From Eukaryota sp. TZLM1-RC (Eukaryota; Protista; Metamonada: BaSk clade), in the NCBI GenBank assembly GCA_040285825.1, contig JAUPSS010000008.1:1178001-1242000 (forward strand): DNA of 64,000 bases. Direction: 5' to 3'. The notes below the pieces were generated by a model. It did no database searches, was not told where the DNA came from, and was given only the letters and a program-made list of their open reading frames with translations. The position numbers and the translations under genes are program-made. This document shows, piece after piece, positions 1 to 12,626 of the stretch (position 1 is its first letter; each line of letters opens with the position of its first letter).

Positions 1-2
1 TG

Positions 3-1202
3 TCCTCACATGATAAAATCACTTTTTCATCAAAGGAAATTAGTGAGCTTTTTCTCTTCAATCTTAAAATTTCACAATACTTACTCACTTTCTTTTCTCA
101 TATGCATTGCTGGAAGAAATTTAGAATAATACCTTTAGCTTCTCATAAAGGTTCTAAATTTATTGAGGTACCTTCACAAATTTTCCACTCTGTGAAAAAA
201 TTTCCAATTATTGAAGGATCATCTTCCAAAACAAAGTTTATCAAAAATACATGTCTGAAACGAGTATTCAAACAATGTCCTTACCAAAAATTTAATATCA
301 ACAGAAAAAGTTTGAAAAATAGATTTAACAAAATTTTATTGAAAACTAATGGTAATGAACTGCTTTTGACCTTTGAAGGTAAAAAAAATGACTCAGAAAA
401 CACAGATGAGCTGGATGAACCACCGAAAAAGAAAAGAAGATCAAAAAATGAAATGAAAAGTGACCCTAATGCCAACAAAACCAGAGAAACACAGTTGAAG
501 GGTACTAAAAAAATGCCCCGTCGAAGACGTAGACATCCAGTCGAAATTTTACCTGAAAGCCCCCTTATCGGCGTTGATCTTGGCCAATCAAGATTATGTG
601 GTTACTTTTTAAATGATAATCAATGTGGAGTTATCCCTTGTCCAACTGGCAGAAGATACATGACAAAACCTTCACCCAGTAAACACTCTCCCAACCAATA
701 TTCCGTTCAAAATTTCAACCAATATTTGAACCATTGGAATTTGGTCAGGAGGAAAGTGTATTTGGAAAGTAATCGCCAGAAATGGAAAATAATTAAATTT
801 GATAACCGCAGACGAAAAGAGAGACGGTTCAGAGAGAGTTTCAACAAATTTCAAAGGTTGCCTGGACATCCTGAAAAACTCTACCTTGCTGTGGGTTCTG
901 CTAATTTCCCTTCTCATTGCCGAAAAGTCAATCGATATGGATCAGCAAGGGCTTTCAGAAAATGGTTGTGTTATCAAAAGGACGTGAAGCACTTGTCAAC
1001 CAGTGAATTTAATACAAGCAAAATGTCAAGTTGTTGCATGGCCGAGAATATTCAAGCAGGCTCATGGCAGATGCGTATTTGTACTGAGTGTCAAATAGTA
1101 TATGACAGAGATATTTCCGCTGCAAAAAATATTCAAATTAAGAAAAAAGCGGAATTGTGGCCGGAACGATACATTTGCCCAGATGCTCTGCTGAGGAGAT
1201 GA
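3..1202 (+). CDS. Fanzor (eukaryotic TnpB-like RNA-guided nuclease), family F1; 5' part lies outside the window
   Basis: Frame is open from nt 3 to the stop at 1202. Motifs: KTNG, RuvC-I LIGVDLG, LAVG, RuvC-II SEFNTSK, Zn ligands SCC..CTEC, RuvC-III DRDISAAKNI, and NLS-like PPKKKRR. Confidence 0.85.
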   Translation, partial: SSHDKITFSSKEISELFLFNLKISQYLLTFFSHMHCWKKFRIIPLASHKGSKFIEVPSQIFHSVKKFPIIEGSSSKTKFIKNTCLKRVFKQCPYQKFNINRKSLKNRFNKILLKTNGNELLLTFEGKKNDSENTDELDEPPKKKRRSKNEMKSDPNANKTRETQLKGTKKMPRRRRRHPVEILPESPLIGVDLGQSRLCGYFLNDNQCGVIPCPTGRRYMTKPSPSKHSPNQYSVQNFNQYLNHWNLVRRKVYLESNRQKWKIIKFDNRRRKERRFRESFNKFQRLPGHPEKLYLAVGSANFPSHCRKVNRYGSARAFRKWLCYQKDVKHLSTSEFNTSKMSSCCMAENIQAGSWQMRICTECQIVYDRDISAAKNIQIKKKAELWPERYICPDALLRR

Positions 1203-1277
1203 ATAGGGAACGTGAGCATACAGAAACTAAAACTTTTGAGACCGATCTACAAATGCCTTAGTAGCATTTGGTAGATC
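1150..1277 (+). ncRNA. candidate omegaRNA scaffold / right end of Fanzor F1
   Basis: Sequence past the stop is conserved in the second copy (55573-55680, minus) up to TTAGTAGCATT (1268). Stem GATCTACAAATGC (1244-1256) pairs with GCATTTG-G-TAGATC (1264-1277). Confidence 0.5.
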
Positions 1278-2294
1278 CACTTAGATACATCAAGTCGCGA
1301 GGCTTTGTTCTGTGAAAGCAGTAGGTGTATTTAAGTGAGGTAGCCCATTGATGAAGATCATGATTGTCTTTGTCAAATGATGCTACATGTCTCTTACAGC
1401 CTGTGAGTAGACATTGAGAAAGTTGAAAACAGGAGTGAATTTCACAGGGGAATGCATGATAAGTGAAATTCACAGTATAACAACACTTTTTTCCGAAATC
1501 TGAAAGGTTCTGCTAGGGAACATAACTTATGGTTGTAATAATGACTACAGAGTACAGAAGCAATGGCTTTGTATGTGAACAGCATTGAAAAGAAAGTTCT
1601 ACTTCAGTTGTAAAGCGTAAATATATTATCATTGTGTTTTAAATAATAGTTTATGGCTATTTTGTGGCAAAAAATTTATTATTTTGGTTGCTAAAAACGA
1701 AAAATATCTGATATTGGTTAAAAAAAGGCAAGACCTCAACCCTTACATAATCCAGCACTTAACCCACTTAGCTAAAACCATCTTTTGTGATCAAAACGAG
1801 CTCATTGTGGATTAAAAGCTGAAAATCTGCTTCATCACCACTGATAAACAAAAAAGTTGTAAATTCACTTGGTTAGATCAAAGAATTATCAGTAAAAATT
1901 CAACGTGTGACTACTGAAGGGAACTAGTAGGGAGTAATCTAAAACTCGAGAGGAAAGTCACATTGCTGTAGGGAAGAAGAAACAGAGGGTGGTGAAGTGG
2001 GTGTGCTATCAAACGAAGTCAGTAAGTTATCCACCAGTTGATCCAATCGAGTTGCATACGAAGTAGGGAGCTCGAGTATCTTTTTTGGTGAAGAAAATAC
2101 TATGGAGTGGATCTGTTCATGAGACAACACCGAAGTCAGGTAGCTTCTGAATGGAGAACATGGAAGTACTGAAGTAGATGTGACAGCTAGAGTGTCAAGG
2201 GATACATCTAGCCTCATTCTTATGAATGTTGTCTATAACAGTGAAATAAGTGCCCTTGTTGCTCCAATGTTGAGGGAATGTATGAGTAAATGTA

Positions 2295-3130
2295 TTAAAA
2301 AAATATAAAAAATAGATTTCTTTTTGTATTTTCAAAACAATTCCTAAAATTGTTTCCAAAGCTTTGATGACTGTCAGTGCACATTACGAAAACATTGCTG
2401 TTGTGAGGTTTGATAATGTGGAAGCTTGTTTTGAAGATATTGATTTCTAGAATGTATTTGTAAAAAAGAGTTAATATAAACAAACAGCAAAAAGTTATTA
2501 AAAAATAGATTTCCAATCGCAGTAAATATCACCTCTGTCATCACAACCAAAATCTGATAATGACAACAATTCTTTCAGCAGAGGCTCTTCAATACATGAG
2601 ATTCTTGAATTTCTTGCCAAATAATAACTAGTGTCTCTGTCACAGCATCATGTAAGATTGAACGATAAGTTATAAATTCAGGATTGTTCAGAGCATGACG
2701 TAAGGTGAGCTGTGACGAATGAGAACAAATACATTCTGGTTTTAAAAGAAATTGGACTATGGTAATGTCAGTTGAGTTCCCTTGTTTACTACAAAAGCTT
2801 CACTATTAGCACATAGCTTAAATCTTTGTGGCAGAATGGTGACAGATAGTGATGATTCTGATGACTAATTCTCACACACACACCTGTTTTTAATAACAAT
2901 GAAAGATGATTTTGATCCAAAACAGCCAAGCCGCACATTTTTTTCAGAAATAGCAACTTCATAGATATTTTTGCACGGAAGAATTTATTAAACAACAAAG
3001 CAAATATAGATATCAAATACAAAACTCAAGTTCCGGATCCTCAAAACCTGCCTCTGCAACATCAAAACAGTTAATTACTAAAGATTCAGAAAATTTACCA
3101 AAAATATGCTGAACCATAAATCAATTTCAC
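2295..3130 (-). mobile_element. degenerate RLE non-LTR retrotransposon 3' fragment (related to family C)
   Basis: 2640-2900 resembles 9430-9720 (CIC..LTLRHA, TYRS.L.DAV region); many stops and frameshifts. Confidence 0.65.
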
Positions 3131-3149
3131 GTTTCCCTTATAAATAGAA

Positions 3150-3345
3150 AATACAATCCTGTTTTGTGAGTAACCACGATTGAAAATCCTTCCAGTCCTT
3201 TCCTTTACAACTACACAGAAATTGTCAAGGAATGCCAAAGCACCCTTACCTCCAGAACTGAGCAAAGAAGAAAAATGGACATAGATTATAGTGGGCGCAG
3301 TAATTGTTCATTGGGGAAAGAAATGGGATTCGAGTATATACCAAT
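3150..3345 (+). pseudogene. possible Tc1/mariner transposase remnant
   Basis: Interrupted translation HRL*WAQ...HWGKKWDSSI resembles the RLxWAxxH..W...W..V motif that precedes the first catalytic Asp. Confidence 0.3.
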
Positions 3346-4928
3346 TTTGTATTTTTCCCTTTGTTAGACCCACAGAAGCTCTGTTGTAATGCATACTATC
3401 AATGTTGGGGTCTTCAACAATTAATTTAGATAACACTGCTGTCAAAATGGGATCTACTCGATATGATTCACATGACATAAATATGGTCTCAGACATTTTT
3501 GTTATTCTTTTTTGTAAAATTTGAAGCGTGTAAACAATGTATAAAGTAATGTAATGATATAATGTATAAACAGTGATGATGGCACCAATAGCGGTGTTTA
3601 AAACGTTTGAGCAGACATTTGAATGGTCATTTGAGTGATCAATTGAGTGGTTCAAAGACCTATACAAATGTACATGATGTGTCACATGATTTGACTTTGT
3701 ATGAACTTTTTTGTCAATATTGTTGGTCATGTGTTATACTTAAATTTGTAAGGCACGTGATTACATTCCCAATTGATTTTGTATTTATTTGTATTATTTG
3801 AATTCATTAAATTTTTATCAACATTGAATTCAAAAAATTTCATTATTAATTAGAAAAACCAAATATTAAATACAATTGGATGTTAGAAACTCAAATAGAA
3901 ACTCATTGCTGTCCGTGTAAGAGTATCGTTTTTGATACGATTTACTGAGGTTCATGTGAAGTTCCTAGTTTAGTATATTGACCAATATTTGTGTATATGT
4001 TCACGTAAGACTTTGTTGCAGAGCAGAAAAATTCAGATAATTCAGCACATTTAATGCTTATGAGCATTGGTTCATGACAATTACAAGGGCAAAAATGTCT
4101 CAATTTTGGTTATTACCTCATTTTATTTTTTGTACTAGTTTTGCCTATGGATATTTCATCATTTAGCCACACTGTTATTTGTCCAATTTCTTTTCAATTT
4201 TATTATTCTGGTATTTATGTTCTTTGTTTGTATTATAGCGCTATTCAATACACATCTTGTCGTGTTGCTCTTTCTCTATTTGGAAGACTTGCTGACCGCG
4301 CCTTGTCAATGTTGTTTGATTTTGAAAGTATTGTAGAGAACCATAAATCAAATTTTCGAGGAAACTTATTAGCAAAATTGTGGTACATTTGTCATTTTAA
4401 AATCCATTCTTGTTGAGCTCTCACAAAGTGTCTTATCGATAATTTGCAATTTCGAGTTGAAATTTTTGCCCTCATGTTAAGCTGAATTAATTTCAGAATT
4501 CTAATTTACAGAGTATTTATTGTGTTTTTGGTTTTATAGTTGTGATCCTACCGTTAATGGACGTTAATCATATTTATTATTATTAATTCTTTATTGTTAA
4601 TTTTTAGAGCTGAATGACAGCAAAAAATAAGAGTACAAGACTGTTGGAATCCAGACCTCATCCAATTTAGCAATAAAAATGGGAGTAAGATTCTTATTGC
4701 ATGGACTTTAAATTATATTCAACTTCTTTGGTTCCGGTGCTATTCGAAATATTTATCTTCTGGGATGAGAGCAGTATCTGAGGCGGTTAGTTTCTTTCTG
4801 AACAATAAAAGACAATTTGTTTAGAGTTATTCAAAAAATTTAGAGAATCTGCTCTTGTTCAAATTGAACACAAAACAATAATCACCAAAAAAATCCTCTC
4901 ATCAGTCATCCCCTCATTCCATCCCATC

Positions 4929-5762
4929 ATGGTGAACCTTTTTCACGACGTTCTCACTGATGATTCTATTTTTATACAGGACGTGTGGACAGACAACTTA
5001 GAAGCAGAAATGGGACACATATGCAACATTGTACACAGGTATCCTTACATAGCCATGGACACAGAGTTTCCCGGTGTTGTTGTTCGGCCAGACCGACACA
5101 TACAAGATGACCATGAACAGATGCGAAAATACCAGTATGACTTACTAGAAGGTAATGTGAATAAGCTCAAGATTATCCAACTGGGCCTTACCTTTTGTGA
5201 TAGTGACGGTAACCTTCCTGACGAAGGCCCTTGTACGTGGCAGTTCAACTTTCATTTCGACCTTGACCAGGATATGTACCATGAGGAGTCAATTAAACTG
5301 CTACAGTTTGCCGGAATAGACTTTGAAGATCACAAAACACGGGGAATCTCTGTTGATGTCTTTGGAGCTTTCCTCATTGAATCTGGATTAGTACTGAACC
5401 CGTTGGTCAAATGGGTTGCATTTCATTCATGCTACGACTTTGCCTATCTCTTAAGAATCCTTATAGGCAAGAAGATTCCCAAATCTGAGAAGGAGTTTTT
5501 TGTCACCCTTAAGCGCTATTTTCCTGGTATCTACGACGTAAAATGGATGATGCAACTACTCAACTTTCCACAATTTGGTCTCTCTCGTCTTGCTGATGAG
5601 CTTGCTGTCAATAGGGTTGGTCCTACGCATCAAGCTGGATCTGATTCACTCCTTACTTCCACTGTGTTTTTCAGGCTGCAGGTTACTTATACTTTAGAAT
5701 TACAAGAGATGGAAGGAACCTTGTTTGGGTTAGGTCGTGGGTTTATGCAGCTCTATAGCTAG
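4929..5762 (+). CDS. CAF1: CCR4-associated factor 1 (CAF1/POP2/CNOT7) DEDD deadenylase
   Basis: AMDTEFPG, LKIIQLGLTF, TWQFNF, FHSCYDFAYL, HQAGSDSLLT motifs. Confidence 0.97.
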   Translation: MVNLFHDVLTDDSIFIQDVWTDNLEAEMGHICNIVHRYPYIAMDTEFPGVVVRPDRHIQDDHEQMRKYQYDLLEGNVNKLKIIQLGLTFCDSDGNLPDEGPCTWQFNFHFDLDQDMYHEESIKLLQFAGIDFEDHKTRGISVDVFGAFLIESGLVLNPLVKWVAFHSCYDFAYLLRILIGKKIPKSEKEFFVTLKRYFPGIYDVKWMMQLLNFPQFGLSRLADELAVNRVGPTHQAGSDSLLTSTVFFRLQVTYTLELQEMEGTLFGLGRGFMQLYS

Positions 5763-5949
5763 ATCTTTCCATTGAATGTCGCATTGAATCTCTGTGATGT
5801 AACTCAATATTTGTATTTTTATCTACAAAATCTAAATTTTATCGTTCATCTTAACGTTTGGTAATAAAGTCATGTTTAGGTGTTTTTACTTGAATTTTGA
5901 ATCATGTTTTATTCAAGTACTTTTCCATTCAGACTATTATTTATTCTGA

Positions 5950-6700
5950 TAGAATATTGCTCTTATACTCTGAACAATGTTCTTTGCAATATCTTCAGTT
6001 TCCACTCATAATCAATAAGTGAGAGAGTAATTCTTCAGAGTTAACGTCTCTATCCCAATAGACGTCACATTCACTCTTTTGACAGTGTAGAAGCTGTCGA
6101 AAAGTAGTTTCAATTAACTAGTTTGGTTCTGCTACTTTTAAGTAAACTAGGGTTAGAGTGGCCACTGGCATTTTTGGTTGTACGAGGAATTTTTAAAAGT
6201 TTTAAGATTTCGTTGAATGAATTCAATAATTCAATCATCATTTTTTTGCTATGGGTAGTGCTGATATAATGGTTTAAGTCAATATTATCAATGAAGAGTG
6301 GTATCAAAAGTAGAAATAGTAGGAGGAGTTTATTGCAAGTTCCATTTAATAACTCACCAGACTTCACTGTGTGTTACTAGTCCTCAAACAGTTGATCAAA
6401 GGAAAGTTCGACAGGCTTCTTAGAGCGCTTCAGTCTTGATGCACGTTTCTTTATTTTACAAGACTTGACCAACAGTTTGATGTGCATACTGTTCCAAGGT
6501 AATATACCAGCTTCAAGGGACATTAACTTAGTGTCATGAGTGTTGAGATCACGGTGGAGTCGTAACAGTTGAGATATAGACATTGGCATCAGCCCAGTGT
6601 TTACGCGACTCATCTTAGAGAATAACTCAACTAACTGAACAGTAATCAATTCACTTATAAAGGGACGACATTAGAGACATGACAGACATGACAGACATGT
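5950..6700 (-). pseudogene. interrupted unknown ORF(s)
   Basis: Collinear short ORFs 6377-6649 and 6110-6367 with coding-like composition; no recognisable motif. Confidence 0.25.
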
Positions 6701-6722
6701 AAAGAATCTTTTTCAGGTCCTG

Positions 6723-6830
6723 TGGGAAATTCCCATAAATACACAATCAATTTTCGTGTGGAATAATTACAAAAACTATCTACTACACAGATACTGAGGC
6801 CTTTCATTACCACTCATTCTGGCTTCAGCA
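6723..6830 (-). ncRNA. candidate omegaRNA / right end of F2 copy A
   Basis: ~55 nt past the stop are conserved with copy B, ending in the palindrome TGGGAATTTCCCA, followed by abrupt divergence. Confidence 0.5.
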
Positions 6831-8251
6831 ATTGCAAACATATTCAGACAAGCCAGCTTATTTCTATTGAAAAGCTTTGTTGAGCCTTGGTTACTGAGTT
6901 TGCAACTCTCGCTATTACAAGCTAATAAACCATTACATGTAGTAACTGGAGTCTTTTCTCTTCTATACACTCTGGGATTTGTTACTCTCAAAAACGTAGC
7001 AACCTTTTCAAAACAAACAGGACATTTTGGTGAAGTGAAAGCTTCATTGATCATCAATACTTCAAATCCATTTCTTTTCAGAAATTGAATCCATCCAATG
7101 CCTCGAGTAGGTCTGTGATGTTTCAAATTTTTAAAACCTTTTTTACCATAATCACCCATTAGTATTAAAGTGTCTTTTGGATTGCCAAAATTCTGAACAA
7201 GGCTTTTTAACAACCGACTTTCAGTCTTTTGCTTGTGAATGAAAGCTTGCATTTTATGAATGCTCCACAAGTCAAGACTATAAAAGTCAATTGTCAAAAA
7301 AACTTGCCGAAGTTTGGCAACCACAAAGTTGGAAAAATCTATAAAAGTTGCTGAATTGGCATCTTCAATTGTCATTTCGTTAGACTCTATCATTTGGTTC
7401 CTGTCGTAACCTACCTCAGTATACTTTGTCGCCCATCGTTTTTGCTTTTCATTCATCCTACTTTTCAAAGACCAGGACATCTGAGTCATTCTCAACCATT
7501 TGTACTTCTTGTCTTGATTCATCACCCGACTATTTCTTTGCTGTTCGGTTTCATGTTCAGGCACCATTGCTAGTTCTTCATCAGTCTTTTTGCTGCCAAA
7601 ATACAATAAATCACGTTTTCCAGGATCATAAACAACAATTCGTTTGCCTTGAAAAGTATCAACATCAACATCATGAATATATAAATCAGAAATACTAGCC
7701 TTGTTGTCTGGCTTACATTTCTGACCTTGTAAATCCTGACGAACAAATTCTAATGCATTATTAAATCCATCTGTGTGGATAATGTTGTTGAATTTGAAGT
7801 TCTTCTGTTCGAACATTGGTTGGTCTAAATCGAGAATATTAGACCAAAAGTCAAATTGCTTAGGTGGTTTGAATTTCGTAATTTGGGCTAGTGTATTGAA
7901 CATTTTCATCGTCTGTGTAGGTGATTAACCATCAATTAATGTTTGTCTAATAATTGCCCATATTGTTCTAGTATCAATTGGAAATTATCCAGAACCTACA
8001 GTGGTTGAAACAGCAGAAATATGATAAGGTTTTTTTTCTCTACTGGAAATATAATGGGCAATCGTAATTGCTGGTAATTGCTTTCTTATATCATGTTGTT
8101 CACATAAATCGAAAAATTCATCATTCAGAAGGTCTGAATTATTTTGAGGATGATGAAACAAAAAACTGAAGCAATCTCTATCATCAACTAAAAACAAGTT
8201 TTTGAATTGATGAAGCCTAAATTTATAAAGTGAATCAATTGTAGATAATGG
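6723..8251 (-). mobile_element. Fanzor1 family F2, copy A (5'-truncated; C-terminal ORF 6776-7909)
   Basis: IIHTDGF, VYDPGKRDLLY (RuvC-I), LMGDYG..PTRGIG, INEAFTSPKCPVC (RuvC-II + Zn), GLLAC...C, FNRNKLACLN (RuvC-III D->N), RPQYL. Closely similar to 13540-15247. Confidence 0.9.
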
Positions 8252-8499
8252 CCTTTTAAAATTAAAATTCTATGTCTTCATAACCCAAATCAGCCAAGAA
8301 GAATTGACTGGAGGTTTTTTTTTCATAAACGCGTCCAAGAGATAACAAAGCTGAAGATAATGAGGGAACAACACCTTTGAAAATTGAAACAATTCTGTTT
8401 GCGACAGAAGTGAAAAAATGTCAGCAAAAGAACAAAAAAAATTTGGCACTTTTTTTTCAAATTCCACAAACCAGTTTTTAAGAAAAATCTTATAGATTT

Positions 8500-8828
8500 A
8501 ATAATTCAATGAAAACTGGTGGTTTTTCAGTTTGTGTAAAGATGGTCAGAATTGATAGCTTTGGACTTCAATTTATAACGATTCACCAAAAATTAACGAT
8601 TCTGAAATATAGTTTCAAGATTATGAACACGAAAGATTTAATTTCATGGACAAAGTACGTTGATCCAGGGAAAAAAGATCTGTTGTATATTATGGAGAAT
8701 GTAAAAACATCTTTTGAAAACGATTTGACTTTTATTAAACTTACACACTTGACAAAATAGAATCATAAATTTGAAAATCATAAATTTGACGTTCATTGAT
8801 CAGCTGTGAATATCCTGCTGACAAATTA
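8500..8828 (+). pseudogene. Fanzor fragment of a fourth (F2-related) family
   Basis: KTGGFSVCV (TDG-like motif) and YVDPGKKDLLY (RuvC-I). Confidence 0.6.
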
Positions 8829-8829
8829 A

Positions 8830-10090
8830 ATGGTATATTTATTGAATTTGCACACTTAATTAAATTAACTCATAACTAATGGAGCGAAATTCATTGAACC
8901 AAGATTTCCTCTACAAAATCTTGATGTGCTTGCTGTCTACCTAAAGTTTCTCTAATTAATATCAAAAAACGAGGTAATCTATTAATAATGGCAAATTGAA
9001 TCCGAGAGTGCCAGAAAAAGATATCAAATCTTTTCATTGTTTTTTCTTGAACCATTTTTTGGAAATCATTCAAATAAGTTTCTGCTTCTACTGATAGTCT
9101 TCCGTTTATCGAAAATGGGAAAGCAATAGAAACTAGTGGTGTATTTCTACCAGCATTAGCCTCTTCGATATCTTTGTCATATTTTCTATGTTTTTCTTCA
9201 GCTTCAAATTCAAGAGCACCTACAGGATTAAGTTTTCTTCTGTGAACTAAAGTGTCATTTGCAACATCACAGGAGACAAAGTCAACAACAGCTTCAGAGT
9301 TATCAATCCAATCACAGTATACATCACCTCTATCATCAGAACCAAAATTATTCAATGACATTGTTTCTTTCAGCAGAGGCTCTTTGATACACGAGATTCT
9401 TGCAGTTCGTGTTATATGAAGAACAGTGTCTGTAACAGCATCAAGTAATGAAGAACGATAAGTTATCAATTTCAAACAATTCATAGCATGTCGCAAAGTG
9501 AGCTGAGATGAATTCGAACAAATACATTTTTCTTTTGATAATAATTGATTCATGGGGATATTCAAATATAATCTCATTTTTGTTACAAATGCTTCATTAG
9601 TAGCACACAGTCCAAATCTTCATTTTACAATGGTTACAAAAAGTGAAGAATCTGATGACTGGTTTTCACGAACACCCTTTTTCCAATAACAATGAGTGAA
9701 GATCTTGATTTAAAACAGCCGAGCTGTATATATTATTATAAAAATCATTTTCATACATTCCAGTCAATCGTTTCTGTAATGTTCGAAGGGTGAATTTTAA
9801 ATTTAAAAAATTCTTTTCAGCAATACTACCATTGAATGATTGGAGAAAGCATCGACTCCATTTTTGTACATCAATTTTTGAAATTTCTTCATTTAATGCA
9901 AAAACAGTGGAACTTTGCGTTGTCGTTAATAAATCTTCCCAATCTGCAAATCTTTCAGAACACTCCAAAATTGCATTTCTGCATCCCAGTAATTGTGACA
10001 AAATTTTATCGAAAATTGAGTTCAACTTTTCAAACAATTTTTTGGTAATTTCATCATTATTTCCTAAAAACAAGAAGACCTCAATAAGAG
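8830..10090 (-). mobile_element. RLE non-LTR retrotransposon family C, 5'-truncated
   Basis: CIC..HAMNC zinc knuckle, DAV.D, RGDV..D, AEEKHRKY, PFSING (PD-(D/E)xK endonuclease). Other copies at 49780-49890 and 54700-55480. Confidence 0.85.
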
Positions 10091-10369
10091 TCTTCAAATC
10101 CAACGTATTTTGATCTAAGCCGATCATCCCTGCATGGTTTAGTTTAGACATGTGGATGTGGTTGAAATATTGGAAATTGACATTTCAGATGAAGAAAGCA
10201 TTCCCAGTGAAAACCTCAGACACTATCCGTTTTGATTAAATCCATCCATCATGTTTCTTTTCTTTAAGTTTTGTTTTGAATTGTTATTTTGATGTTTTTG
10301 ATTTTGTTGCTTTTTTTGATTTAGGTACTTGCACTTTAGATATGGGATGTTGGGTCTTAAATTGTTATT

Positions 10370-11058
10370 TTGATAATATTGAGTTTGATGATTATGTTTA
10401 TAATTTATGTTTTCAATCCAGTAGCTGCCAACATTTTCTATCAACAAACCCATTTACTGTTGATTAGACAATGGATGAAGATGTTGAAGCAAATCCTGGT
10501 CCCAGAAAGAGAAGATCTAATTTTAAATCAACTCCGAGTATGGTCAAAAAAATTGAGCCAAGATTGAGCGACTTCAAGCCTGATCCTTTGATTAAGTTGA
10601 AATCAATGACCTTAAATCAAAATCTTCCCACTGTTATGTGCTTTGATTTTGAAACCTATCAGGATGGTCATCTTTACCAAAATCGTGATGACCAATTTCT
10701 CTTTCCTGACGAAATTATCAACAAAAAGAGAAAAGAGGGTGCAATTCTTTTGAAAAAGAAAACTGATGAGCAAATGGATGAGTGGATTTCAGATCAAACA
10801 GTGTTTTTAGTTTCGATTGCTATTGGTAGGTTTGATCGCCATAATTTCTCTTTGGAGAGTAAATATTCACTTATATTGAGAATGAATCCTCAAGACAGAT
10901 CACCAGACATTGATATGGATGTTCAGGCAGAAATATTCTCTGACGAAAAAACCTTGCTTCGTAGGTTTTCATACATTATTCGTAATCATCAACCCCATTT
11001 TTTTCTTAATCACAATTTAATGCAGTTTGATTTACAGGTTTTAAAAAATAGATTATAT
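10370..11058 (+). pseudogene. family-B DNA polymerase-type 3'-5' exonuclease domain, 5' half (ExoI, ExoII)
   Basis: CFDFETY (ExoI), FSDEKTLLRRF, NHNLMQFDLQVLKNR (ExoII); interrupted after 11058 by a LINE. Confidence 0.8.
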
Positions 11059-12619
11059 ATTTTTTTTTAAAACTGGAATATTTATTGAGATAAAAAAACC
11101 CATCTAGAATTCAATATCCTCCAAACAAGCGTCACTATTACTGAACCTACTCACAGCATTACGTTCATATTCTACACCAATAGCTAAAAGTGCCTTTGAA
11201 ATCATTGTTGGAATAGACTTGAAAATGCAAAAAACAATTCTATTTCACCAGAAAGTGGAGTTCATTGTTTTACCAGACCTATTCAGTAACACTTTTTTAA
11301 AATTTTCAAAGAAGTGCAACCCTGAAGGTCCAATATTGCCAAAAAGAGAAATTGCAAACGGCACAAACTGATATTTCACATGTTCCACTCTACCTAACTG
11401 TGCCAAAGGTTCTTCATATTTTTTTATCTTCTTTTTTTCGGCGTTAGATAACGGCGAATCAGCGGAATACACTAAACGAGCAGCAGAATTTTTGCAAACA
11501 TCAACTGAGACAACATCTACAACATTGAGAACACCATCGATCCCTGGAGCTACTAAATCTGCCCTTCTTTTACCAAAGGAATCATCAGTTTGATCTGAAG
11601 ACAGCTTACGTACTAGTGGCTCAATAAATGCCTCTATATTGAAACTTTTGCACATGGCATATAATTGATCACGAACTGAGTCATGAACAATTGAACGATA
11701 AGTTATAAAATACTTACAGTTTAAAATATGGGAAAGCGTAACAACACTCTTGCAGCGACAAATTAAATCATTTGGTAATGAACAAGGCCATAGAAAACAC
11801 CTCATTCTCATTGCAGTGGTCCATTGGTGATCATTAAGTAGAAGGCCATAAATGTTGGGAATTTGGGAGATTAGGCAACTTGAGCAACTGTCTTTAAGAT
11901 CAATCAAAAAGTTTGCAAAAACGGGATTTTTTTCTTTAGCCAAACTAAGACGTACAATATAATCCAAGTTTTCTAAAACTTTCAAGATTTTTTTCTGCAA
12001 TTTTGCAAAAGTCAGTGGTAAGGAGAGCAAGCTTCTTGAAGGAAGTTCCACAATATCAGAGGGGAAACATTTAGCCCAAATATTGGGTGAAAGAGTTTCA
12101 ATTTCCTGCTGCAACGAAATAAGATAAGAGCTGCCACAGTTTTCAATGAGATGAATTTTTTCAGGAAAACGATTCACAAATTCATAAATAAAATTCTTTC
12201 CACCTCCAATAAAGGCAGCTTTACAAAGGTAGCTTGACTTATGAAAATCAACACCACCAAAATTTGTACCACAAAAAATGTGGCTTTGTAACTGAGATGC
12301 ATCAATTTCCAATAATTTTGCTAAAAATTGGTTCTTTGTTCATTAAAAATGCGACAAAACTCTAAAGAAATTGATGGTGATGTTGATATCAAAATATGAG
12401 TATATTTTCCAGAATAACAGATTTTTAGGAAAAAGAATTTCAAATGTTTCTCAATATTTAAATTTTCTATTGATTCTAATTCATTTCCAAATTGAGTCAA
12501 CAGAGTCGAAAGTTGGCCTTTGACTTCTTCAATATTTCCGAGATAACAACCCAAAAAACGAAAACCAGACTGATCATAATTGATAAAGGGGACATTGACA
12601 TCATTAATGAAAAAATATT
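11059..12619 (-). mobile_element. RLE non-LTR retrotransposon family B, 5'-truncated, with 7-bp TSD ATTATAT (11052-11058 / 12620-12626)
   Basis: FLGCYLG, CRC..HILNC, HDSVRD, RADL, VVDV, AEKKK..KY, PFAISLFG; short T-run tail at 11060; near-identical to 39360-40900. Confidence 0.92.
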
Positions 12620-12626
12620 ATTATAT

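Noticed and set aside
1258-2260. Short minus-strand ORFs 1258-1473 and 1939-2217
   Set aside because: They look like decayed host-gene fragments, but no family could be identified from the sequence alone.
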